IMG/VR virus record: IMGVR_UViG_3300020045_016449
Span: 1 to 32,302 of that record
DNA from: a virus
Lineage: Duplodnaviria > Caudoviricetes
DNA length: 32,302 nucleotides
Strand: one strand, 5' to 3'
Below, one piece after another: positions 10,774-18,678 of the stretch. The notes under the pieces are model-generated. The model was not told where the DNA came from and did not search any database. It was given only the letters and a program-made list of their open reading frames with translations. Position 1 is the stretch's first letter; the number at the start of each line of letters is the position of its first letter. Position numbers and translations under genes: made by a program.

Positions 10774-11760
10774 ATGAGTGCATTCAAAAAGTTAACAAAA
10801 TCAGATTCATTTGTTGTTCCTTATTCTGCCAATAAGGATTGGGGATTTTTTTATTCTTCTTCAGTAGCCATAGAAGATAGTTATGGAATAAAATATTATA
10901 AAGGAGTTAATTATACAGGAAGTTTTAATATAAATGGTCCTATTAATTTTGATGGAACCCATTATTCTTCAATATATGATACTATTAATCATTTATTCTA
11001 TCAAAAATATCCCCAAAATTTAGATACTCATTCTTTAGCATCTTCATTATATTATGAATCTGCTTCAATTTATCGACCAACCTCATCATATTTCAATTAT
11101 GATGAAAATCCAAGTATAATAAAAAATTTCCCTACAAATTCAGGAGATATAATTAGAGTAATATCAATACCTCCTTCAAAATATGGAAATAAAGTTAATC
11201 CTCGAAGTTTTAGAATGACATCTTCATTTTATGATATATTTGATGATGGAAATGGCAATGTTTATACTTCTTCAACACATTTAGGAAATATTTTTTATAA
11301 TCATGGTCTTGTTGTAATAACTAATCAAGAATATGTAAATATTTTCCCACCAACTGAAATATTAACTAATTGGGAATTTAATATTTTTGAATTAACCCAA
11401 AGTTTTATAGATAAAGTAACAGCGGTTGGAATATATATTAAAGGAACTAATACTGGTAGGTATTATATTTCTTATCCTGATGTAATACTTCCAACATCAA
11501 CTATTCCTGCTACCTTAAGCGGAAGTTTTGTTTCATTAATTCGAGAAAATTTAGAAATTTATACTTATATAAAAAATATTATATCCTTACCTTTACAACC
11601 CGGAGATGAAATATATGATGACTTATTAATAAATTTAAGTTTAACTGCTTCATATTTTGGAACAGGTTCAATTTATTCTCTTACTATTCCTGAAATATTA
11701 CATACTGGTTCATTTTTAGGGACTAATATAAGAGTAGATGTATATTCAAATCCACAATAA
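10774..11760 (+). CDS. Virion structural protein, paralogous to the N/middle part of 9790..10767
   Basis: ISIPPSKYGNKVNPRSF...DDGNGN...GNIFYNHGLVVI parallels INVNRARYKESLKPGSF...GLYFPDMGIIVF. Confidence 0.6.
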   Translation: MSAFKKLTKSDSFVVPYSANKDWGFFYSSSVAIEDSYGIKYYKGVNYTGSFNINGPINFDGTHYSSIYDTINHLFYQKYPQNLDTHSLASSLYYESASIYRPTSSYFNYDENPSIIKNFPTNSGDIIRVISIPPSKYGNKVNPRSFRMTSSFYDIFDDGNGNVYTSSTHLGNIFYNHGLVVITNQEYVNIFPPTEILTNWEFNIFELTQSFIDKVTAVGIYIKGTNTGRYYISYPDVILPTSTIPATLSGSFVSLIRENLEIYTYIKNIISLPLQPGDEIYDDLLINLSLTASYFGTGSIYSLTIPEILHTGSFLGTNIRVDVYSNPQ

Positions 11761-11774
11761 TTAATTTTTAAAAA

Positions 11775-12083
11775 ATGCCTACATATTCAGGATCATTTAA
11801 CATATCTTTTCAAAATGAGCATATTATATATACTCAAGTGATAAAGTGTTGTATAAAAGAACATGAAATGAATGCTTCGTATAATCCATCATTAAAAATA
11901 TATAGGAATTCTCCCACATCTTCAATTTATGATTTTGCGACAGGTTCACTTTTCCAACCATATGTTACAACAATAGGTTTATATAATGATAAATCTGAGT
12001 TATTAGCTATTGCTAAGTTAGCTAAGGCTATGCCGGTTTCACAATATATTGATACAAATTTTATTGTTAAACTAGATGTATAA
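11775..12083 (+). CDS. Virion structural protein, paralogous to the C-terminal domain of 9790..10767
   Basis: EMNASYNPS...YVTTIGLYNDKSELLAIAKLAK versus EFNYTTNPS...YITTVGLYNDNNELLAVAKLSR. Confidence 0.7.
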   Translation: MPTYSGSFNISFQNEHIIYTQVIKCCIKEHEMNASYNPSLKIYRNSPTSSIYDFATGSLFQPYVTTIGLYNDKSELLAIAKLAKAMPVSQYIDTNFIVKLDV

Positions 12084-12330
12084 GTTATCAAAAATATTAA
12101 ATGAAATTAGAGTAGTATCAGGTCCAACACCTGAAATGATAATAGATTTATTATGGCAAAAAATTGATTTAACAAAGGGTGATTTAGAAATTCAAGGTCA
12201 AAAATTTGAAAAAACAAATAATATTTGTAAAGAGTATGGGTATGAAGGTAGTGAAGTAAAACCATTTTTTCAAAGTTTAACTCCTTCCCAACGTTCAATT
12301 ATTTATAAAGAATTACAAAAAATAAAATAA
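12076..12330 (+). CDS. Leader + single ITPE-module protein
   Basis: MYKLSKILNE-IRVVSGPTPEM...FFQSLTPSQRSIIYKELQKIK. Confidence 0.75.
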   Translation: MYKLSKILNEIRVVSGPTPEMIIDLLWQKIDLTKGDLEIQGQKFEKTNNICKEYGYEGSEVKPFFQSLTPSQRSIIYKELQKIK

Positions 12331-12780
12331 ATGTGGTATTACCAAAATAATATAATTGATTCAATTTCACAAATGCCTAAAGATGTTTTTGGTTTTATTT
12401 ATAAAATAATCAATATAGACACAGGACGTTTTTATATCGGGAAAAAACAATTACAACATACCAAAAATGTTAAATTAGGTAAAAAAGAAAAAGCAATATT
12501 AGTCAAGAATATTACGGGAAAAGGGCGTCGTCCCTCTAAAAAAATTATAGTAAAAGAATCTGATTGGTTATCGTATTATGGATCGTCTAAACAATTATTA
12601 GAGGATGTAAAAAAATTAGGAGAAGCGGCTTTTAAGAGGGAGATAATACAATATTGTTTCTCGAAGAAATCGCTTTTTTATTCAGAAATAAAACAACAAA
12701 TTTTAAATCAATGTCTGGAACAACCAGAACGCTGCTATAACGAGTCAATAATGGGAAAATTTTTCAATGCCGATGTATAA
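12331..12780 (+). CDS. Compact GIY-YIG family nuclease
   Basis: GFIYKIINIDTGRFYIGKK...ESDWLSYYGSS...FKREII...CYN. No NUMOD tail, so more like the conserved T4-like-phage standalone nuclease. Confidence 0.8.
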   Translation: MWYYQNNIIDSISQMPKDVFGFIYKIINIDTGRFYIGKKQLQHTKNVKLGKKEKAILVKNITGKGRRPSKKIIVKESDWLSYYGSSKQLLEDVKKLGEAAFKREIIQYCFSKKSLFYSEIKQQILNQCLEQPERCYNESIMGKFFNADV

Positions 12781-13756
12781 ATTAATTGACATATTGAATG
12801 AAATTAAAATAATTTCTGATAAGCTTCCTGTACCTGGAGAAAAATATATTATTAATTTTAATGATGGTTTTGGAAATTTAGGTGAATTATATACTTATGT
12901 TGGTTCTAGAAAACAAGATGAAAGAAAAACAAAATTATATAAAAATAAAAATTTTATATATTTAATATTTAGAAATGGAACAGCTGAATTTAATTGGGAA
13001 TATAATGGTAAAGATAAATTTTGGAAACATTATGTCCCTAAACAATATTTTGAAGAAATAAAAATATATCCAAAAAAAGAAGTAACACCTGAAATAGTTG
13101 ATAAATTATGGAATACAAAATATACTGTAGATAATGATGAAAAAATAGCTCAAATTTTATTAAAATATGGATGGGAAGAATCACCTGAATGGAGTGTTAC
13201 AGGTTTTTTTAAGTCTTTACCTCAAGATAAATTATATGGAATATATTTTGATTTATTGAATTTGAGTGAAATTAAAGTTATTTCAAAAATAACACCTGAA
13301 ATGGTTGAAACTTTAGCAGATAAAATAAATGATAAATTATATTCACCTCCAGGTAATGGTTATAATAAAAAAGATTCTGATATATTTATTGATATATTTA
13401 TGACAATTGAAACTGAAATTTGGGAAAAACCAAAAGGATTTAGTTTTAGTACTATTATAAGAAATATGAATCAAAATCAATTAAATAGAACTTATAAAGA
13501 ATTATTAAAAATAAATATATTAAATGAAATTAAAGTAATTTCCAAAATAACCCCTGAAATGATAGATGATTTATGGTGGGACATTTTTGAAAAACATGGA
13601 TTTAATGGAAAATTTAGGGAAACTACAAATAAATATAGAGCAATAATAGACCCCTATGATGAATCTCTTCATGAAAAATTTAGATCTCTTGTATATGGAA
13701 TTACAAATCAAAATCTTTTGAATTCTATATATGCTGAATTATTACAATTAAAATAG
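12773..13756 (+). CDS. Leader + four-module polyprotein (three ITPE modules)
   Basis: MYKLIDILNE-IKII. Internal junction E codons at 13055, 13268 and 13526. EIKVISKITPEM occurs twice. Second ATG (12773) chosen because it matches the leader consensus. Confidence 0.8.
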   Translation: MYKLIDILNEIKIISDKLPVPGEKYIINFNDGFGNLGELYTYVGSRKQDERKTKLYKNKNFIYLIFRNGTAEFNWEYNGKDKFWKHYVPKQYFEEIKIYPKKEVTPEIVDKLWNTKYTVDNDEKIAQILLKYGWEESPEWSVTGFFKSLPQDKLYGIYFDLLNLSEIKVISKITPEMVETLADKINDKLYSPPGNGYNKKDSDIFIDIFMTIETEIWEKPKGFSFSTIIRNMNQNQLNRTYKELLKINILNEIKVISKITPEMIDDLWWDIFEKHGFNGKFRETTNKYRAIIDPYDESLHEKFRSLVYGITNQNLLNSIYAELLQLK

Positions 13757-13792
13757 TTTTTCCAAAATTTTTTTCTTATATTAATATAGTTT

Positions 13793-14737
13793 ATGGAAAA
13801 TTCTACTCAAGCATTATTAAATTTATTAGAAAGGATTTTAGGTAAAAGTGATAAAAAATCTAGGGGAAACTATGCATTTAAATGTCCCAACAATTGTCAT
13901 GCTACAAAGAAAAAACTTGAAATAAATTTAGAAACTCAAAACTGGCAATGTTGGATATGTGGTAATACTGAAACAATGAAAGGTAAAACAATTCGTTCAT
14001 TGTTTAAAAGAATAGGTGTAAATGATGAATATTTAAGTGAATTAAGATTAGTTATACCTAATACAAAAGTACAAAGGGAATATCAATATGATCAAATTGC
14101 ACTTCCTGAAGAATTTTGTGCTTTATATAATTTAGCATCTCAAGATATATTAACAAATATTAATATTAATAAAGCTAAAACTTATTTAAAAAATAGAGGT
14201 ATTACTGTAAATGATATTTTAAAATATAATATAGGTATATGTTTAGAAGGTAGATATGAAAATAGAATAATTATTCCTTCATATAATGAAGTAGGTAAAT
14301 TAAATTATTTTATTGCTCGTGATTTTACAAATGCTCAATCTAGTTATAAAAATCCAATTATAAAGAATAAAGATATAATAGGAATGGAATTTTATATTAA
14401 TTGGAATTTACCAATTATATTATGTGAAGGAATATTTGATGCTTTAACTATAAAACGTAATTGTATTCCTTTATTTGGTAAAAATATTTCTGATGCATTA
14501 ATGAAAAAAATAGTTACTTCACAAGTTCAAAAAATATATATTGCTTTAGATAAAGATGCTATTAAAGATTCATTAAAATATTGTGAAGAATTAATGGATA
14601 TTGGAAAAGAAGTATATTTGTGTGAATTGGATGGAAAAGATATTAATGAAATAGGATTTAAACATTTTTTAGAAATATTAGAAAAGACTAATGTATTAAC
14701 TCTTCAAGATTTAATAACAAAAAAATTAGATTTATGA
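13793..14737 (+). CDS. DNA primase (DnaG-type, Zn-binding + TOPRIM)
   Basis: CPNNCH...CWIC zinc domain, YLKNRGI, RIIIP, CEGIFD, ALDKDA, KDINE. Confidence 0.92.
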   Translation: MENSTQALLNLLERILGKSDKKSRGNYAFKCPNNCHATKKKLEINLETQNWQCWICGNTETMKGKTIRSLFKRIGVNDEYLSELRLVIPNTKVQREYQYDQIALPEEFCALYNLASQDILTNININKAKTYLKNRGITVNDILKYNIGICLEGRYENRIIIPSYNEVGKLNYFIARDFTNAQSSYKNPIIKNKDIIGMEFYINWNLPIILCEGIFDALTIKRNCIPLFGKNISDALMKKIVTSQVQKIYIALDKDAIKDSLKYCEELMDIGKEVYLCELDGKDINEIGFKHFLEILEKTNVLTLQDLITKKLDL

Positions 14738-14940
14738 AAATAATGGGAACACATCAAATAACTCCTGAATTAATATATAATGAATATATTAAAATAAGAA
14801 GTAAAAGATTTCATGTTCTTTCAGAATGGAGATGTGATAATGGATTGGGAGGGTGTACTCCTGAAGTAATTAAAGAAAAAATTAAAAGAAAAACCAAACA
14901 AGAATTACTAAAATTATATTATGATCTTAAAAAAAGATAA
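14734..14940 (+). CDS. Leaderless ITPE-module protein
   Basis: MKIMGTHQITPEL...KQELLKLYYDLKKR. Overlaps the primase stop and the exonuclease start. Confidence 0.65.
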   Translation: MKIMGTHQITPELIYNEYIKIRSKRFHVLSEWRCDNGLGGCTPEVIKEKIKRKTKQELLKLYYDLKKR

Positions 14941-15727
14941 CATTATTTCAAATAAACAATTAGGTAGAATAGTAGACTATGATAATGGATGGACCCAGAT
15001 CACAATTGACGATGCTCGTTTTTATAAAAAAGAGAACCTATATTATCCATCAGTAACATATATTTTATCATATTATCCAAAAGGTAAACAATTTGAAAAC
15101 TGGTTAAAAGAAAACGGACATGGTTCAAATGTAATAGCTGCTGAATCTGCAGATAGGGGTACAACAGTTCACAAAGCAATAGAAAAAATATTAGAAAATC
15201 CTGAAATTGAATTAAAATGGATTGAAGCAAATGGTCAAGCAAATTATTCTGTTGAGGAATGGTTAATGATATTACGTTTTGTTGAATTTTGGAATGTTTA
15301 TAAACCAAAATTAATTGCTTCTGAAGTACATATATTTTCCTCAAAAAATATATATGCTGGTACCATTGACTTAATCATAGAATTAAATGGTGAACTATGG
15401 ATAATTGATTTAAAGACATCCAAATCTTTACATACCATATATGATTTACAGCTTTCAGCATATCAAGAAGCATGGAATGAATTATTTCCAGAAGCACCAA
15501 TAAATAAATATGGTATATTATGGCTTAAAGCTAATACACGCAAACCAGGTTCTGAAGAATCTGGTAAAATACAAGGTCGTGGTTGGCAATTATATATACC
15601 TGAGCGTTCTCACACTAATAACTTTGATATATTTATAAAAACATATGATATATTCAAAGTTGAAAATCCCGATGCTAAGCCAATTACAGAAAAATATCCA
15701 AATACTACAAAATTAATAATTAGTTAA
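14921..15727 (+). CDS. PD-(D/E)XK exonuclease (Cas4/lambda-exo/RecB-like)
   Basis: YPSVTYIL, RGTTVH, YAGTID, IIDLKTS, QLSAY motifs. Confidence 0.88.
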   Translation: MILKKDNIISNKQLGRIVDYDNGWTQITIDDARFYKKENLYYPSVTYILSYYPKGKQFENWLKENGHGSNVIAAESADRGTTVHKAIEKILENPEIELKWIEANGQANYSVEEWLMILRFVEFWNVYKPKLIASEVHIFSSKNIYAGTIDLIIELNGELWIIDLKTSKSLHTIYDLQLSAYQEAWNELFPEAPINKYGILWLKANTRKPGSEESGKIQGRGWQLYIPERSHTNNFDIFIKTYDIFKVENPDAKPITEKYPNTTKLIIS

Positions 15728-15735
15728 ATATTTAT
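15728..15735 (+). promoter_or_regulatory. ATATTTAT motif, candidate late promoter
   Basis: 4 nt before ATG 15740. Confidence 0.55.
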
Positions 15736-15739
15736 TAGT

Positions 15740-16000
15740 ATGATTACACTAATGAATATTATTAATGAAATTAAAATAATTTCTAAAATAACACCTGAAA
15801 TGGTGTTAGATGTATGGGATGATTTATATAATAATAGAGAAACTATACATTTAAGATTTGATGCTTTAGAAAAATATATTATGTCAAAATGATATAATTA
15901 TTTTCCTGAAATTATTATTAGACATCATTTGCCTCCTCAAAAATTAAAATTATTATATCAAGATTTATTAGAACTTAAACAAAAATATAATATTAAATAA
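15740..16000 (+). pseudogene. Leader + ITPE-module gene with an in-frame TGA (missed by the ORF track)
   Basis: Manual translation: MITLMNIINEIKIISKITPEMVLDVWDDLYNNRETIHLRFDALEKYIMSK*YNYFPEIIIRHHLPPQKLKLLYQDLLELKQKYNIK*. TGA at 15890-15892. Confidence 0.8.
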
Positions 16001-16001
16001 T

Positions 16002-17846
16002 TTGTTAAAAAATAATATAAATACCGAATTTTCAAAACAATGGTGGAAAGATACATTGGAATTAGATGAAATTAAGGTTATTCCAAAAATAACTCCTGAA
16101 ATATTTATGAAAATTTGGGGAAATTGGGGTTTTCCTATTGCTAAAAATACTGAAGAAGCAGAAAAAGAATGGGAATTATTAGTAAATAAATATATAAAAA
16201 TTGATGATACTCCTGATTCATTTTCAAAAGAAGCTTCTCCATCTATGTTAGCAAAATTTGTACACGATATACTTAATTTTCAAGAAAAATATGATATATT
16301 AAATAATCAAATTATTGATGAAATAAAAATAATATCTGACAAAAATAAAATTCCAATAATTAAAAGATCAAAGTATATTCAGGTTGAATATTTAGGATAT
16401 AAATATAATTCACGTGATATTAATTATAACCCTCAATATTATATAATAGGATTTATAGAAGGAACTGATGCTTCTAATACTCATTTGTTTAAGTATTTAA
16501 AAGATAAATATCCTTATATTTCATCTAATAAAAATACAATTTATATTCCTAAAAGTATGGTGGTTTTTCAAAATAAAGAAATAGATGAAATTAAAGTTGT
16601 ACGTTTCCCAAAAACATGGAATTTAGATAAACCAGGAATTAATCCTGATAAAATTTTACCAAGAGATATATTACAATTTACTATATATAGTAAACCTGAT
16701 TCAACAGAAATAGTAAAACAAGTTTTTATTAGATATAATGCTTTAAATTCTGAAATGTTAGTAACACGAGATTTATCCAAAAATGGATTACCTGATGAAG
16801 AAGGAGGATGGGATTATTGGTTAAAAGATGATATAAAAAATCATTATTGGAATCACAAATCAGGACACCCAAAACCCTCAAGACACCCAAAACCCTTAGA
16901 AGAAATCAAAATTATATCTCCTAATAATATAACTCCTGAAAATATATATAAATTATATTTAAATAAAAGAGATAATGGGTCATTAGATATTATAATAAAA
17001 TATGGATGGTTTAAACAAAATATACATGACACAATTTTACCTTGGTTAAATTATTTACCAAAAGAAACATTAGTTAACATATATAAAGATTTAATATCTT
17101 TAAATGAAATTAAAGTACTTGGAGGTAGGACAAATACATTAATGATAAAATATAATAATATAATTAATAAATTAGATGAAATAGGAGAAATTTATGGAGA
17201 AAATAGTTATTATGTAAGACAATTAACAAATTATCCTAAAATGGAATTGGGTAAAAATGAACTTACTTTAAAAGAAGTTGAAAATAATTTACAAAAAATA
17301 AAAACTAATATTAAAAATATTATTAAAGAATATTATTATGATAAAAGAAGAAATAATCAAAGAACAGATTTTGGATTATTAAAAATAAAAGAGATATATG
17401 AAAATGATTTAGGTGGAGAAGAAATATTTTATGAAAGCAAAGATCAAAAATTATATAAATCACAAAAAGATGAATATAATAAATGTTATGTTAATTTATT
17501 AGGTGAATTAGTAAAATATTGTTGTAAAGAATTAAAAATTCCTATTCCTAAAATTAAAATAATAAATAATTCATCATATACTAATAATAATAAAAGTTAT
17601 GGAGGATATTTTCCTTCTGATAACCAAATTTATACTGTAATATTAGATAGAACTTTAGCAGATTCTATGAGAACACTTAGCCATGAAATATATCATAGTT
17701 ATCAACATTATAATAAACAAATAAAACCAGAATCAGGAAAAGATGGTGATAATATAGAAAATGCTGCAAATAGTTATTCTGGTAAGATTATGAGAATATT
17801 TGGTAAAAAACATCCTGAAATATTTTTCATGAAATATATGTCTTAA
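16002..17846 (+). CDS. Multi-module polyprotein ending in an HExxH metallopeptidase-like domain
   Basis: Junction E codons at 16068, 16320, 16587, 16902 and 17106. C-terminal RTLSHEIYHSYQ...IENAAN. The TTG start is uncertain. Confidence 0.75.
   Translation: MLKNNINTEFSKQWWKDTLELDEIKVIPKITPEIFMKIWGNWGFPIAKNTEEAEKEWELLVNKYIKIDDTPDSFSKEASPSMLAKFVHDILNFQEKYDILNNQIIDEIKIISDKNKIPIIKRSKYIQVEYLGYKYNSRDINYNPQYYIIGFIEGTDASNTHLFKYLKDKYPYISSNKNTIYIPKSMVVFQNKEIDEIKVVRFPKTWNLDKPGINPDKILPRDILQFTIYSKPDSTEIVKQVFIRYNALNSEMLVTRDLSKNGLPDEEGGWDYWLKDDIKNHYWNHKSGHPKPSRHPKPLEEIKIISPNNITPENIYKLYLNKRDNGSLDIIIKYGWFKQNIHDTILPWLNYLPKETLVNIYKDLISLNEIKVLGGRTNTLMIKYNNIINKLDEIGEIYGENSYYVRQLTNYPKMELGKNELTLKEVENNLQKIKTNIKNIIKEYYYDKRRNNQRTDFGLLKIKEIYENDLGGEEIFYESKDQKLYKSQKDEYNKCYVNLLGELVKYCCKELKIPIPKIKIINNSSYTNNNKSYGGYFPSDNQIYTVILDRTLADSMRTLSHEIYHSYQHYNKQIKPESGKDGDNIENAANSYSGKIMRIFGKKHPEIFFMKYMS
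16029..16072 (+). repeat. 44-nt direct repeat, copy 1 (FSKQWWKDTLELDEI)
   Basis: 41/44 identical to 19571-19614 by manual alignment. Confidence 0.9.
16864..16896 (+). repeat. Short tandem duplication GACACCCAAAACCCT x2 (18-nt period)
   Basis: Copies at 16864-16878 and 16882-16896, encoding HPKPS-RHPKPL. Confidence 0.85.
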
Positions 17847-17857
17847 TATATCTTTAT

Positions 17858-17865
17858 ATATTTAT
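17858..17865 (+). promoter_or_regulatory. ATATTTAT motif, candidate late promoter
   Basis: 15 nt before ATG 17881. Confidence 0.55.
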
Positions 17866-17880
17866 ATTAAATAATAATTT

Positions 17881-18678
17881 ATGAGTATAGGTATTTATAA
17901 AATAATAAATCCAAAAGGTAAAATATATATTGGAAAATCTAAAAATATTGAAAATAGATGGAATGATTATATAAAAATTCAACGTTGTTCTCAACAACGT
18001 AAATTATATTATAGTTTAAAAAAATATGGTTCTGAAAATCATATTTTTGAAATAATTGAAAAATGTTTAATAGAAGAATGTAATAATAAAGAAAAATATT
18101 GGATTAAATTCTATAATAGTGTTGAAATTGGATTAAATTTAACTGAAGGTGGAGATGGTGGTACAATAAGTAAAGAATCTCAAGAATTAAGAAGAATAAA
18201 CCATATGAAGGCTATTATTCAATATGACCTTCAAGGTAATTTTATTAAAGAATATAAAGGAGCTTCTGAAGCTATTTTAAATATAGGTAAAGGAAATTCA
18301 AATAACATAAATGATTGTGCTAGAGGAATATATAAGTCAACATATGGATATCAATGGAAATATAAAACAAAAAATTATCCTTTAAAAATAGAACCCTTTA
18401 AAAATAATCAAGGAAATAAAAATAAATGGACTGAAGAAAGAAGAATTAAAACAAAAATATCAAGAATAGGTGAAAAAAGATCTAAAGAATATGCTGAAAA
18501 AATAAGAAAACTCAAATTAAAACCAATATATCAATTTGATGAATCAAATAAGTTAATTAATATTTTTGAATCCTTTAATTTATTTGATAATTCAGGATTA
18601 ATAGGAACAACAAAATTAAGAAAAATACTAAATAAACCAATATATTATAAAGGATATAGATTTTCTCATGAAAAATAA
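17881..18678 (+). CDS. GIY-YIG homing endonuclease with NUMOD1-like repeats
   Basis: GIYKIINPKGKIYIGKS, GLNLTEGGDG, IIQYDLQGNFIKEY, IYQFDESNKLINIF. Confidence 0.9.
   Translation: MSIGIYKIINPKGKIYIGKSKNIENRWNDYIKIQRCSQQRKLYYSLKKYGSENHIFEIIEKCLIEECNNKEKYWIKFYNSVEIGLNLTEGGDGGTISKESQELRRINHMKAIIQYDLQGNFIKEYKGASEAILNIGKGNSNNINDCARGIYKSTYGYQWKYKTKNYPLKIEPFKNNQGNKNKWTEERRIKTKISRIGEKRSKEYAEKIRKLKLKPIYQFDESNKLINIFESFNLFDNSGLIGTTKLRKILNKPIYYKGYRFSHEK

Noticed and set aside
14921-15727. Cas4 as part of a CRISPR system
   Set aside because: No Fe-S cysteine cluster and no other cas genes. The position next to primase fits a phage replication/recombination exonuclease.
15890-15892. Genome-wide TGA (or TAG) recoding
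   Set aside because: Long genes are intact under the standard code, TGA ends genes in ATGA overlaps, and TAG ends 12773..13756. Only one internal stop was seen.
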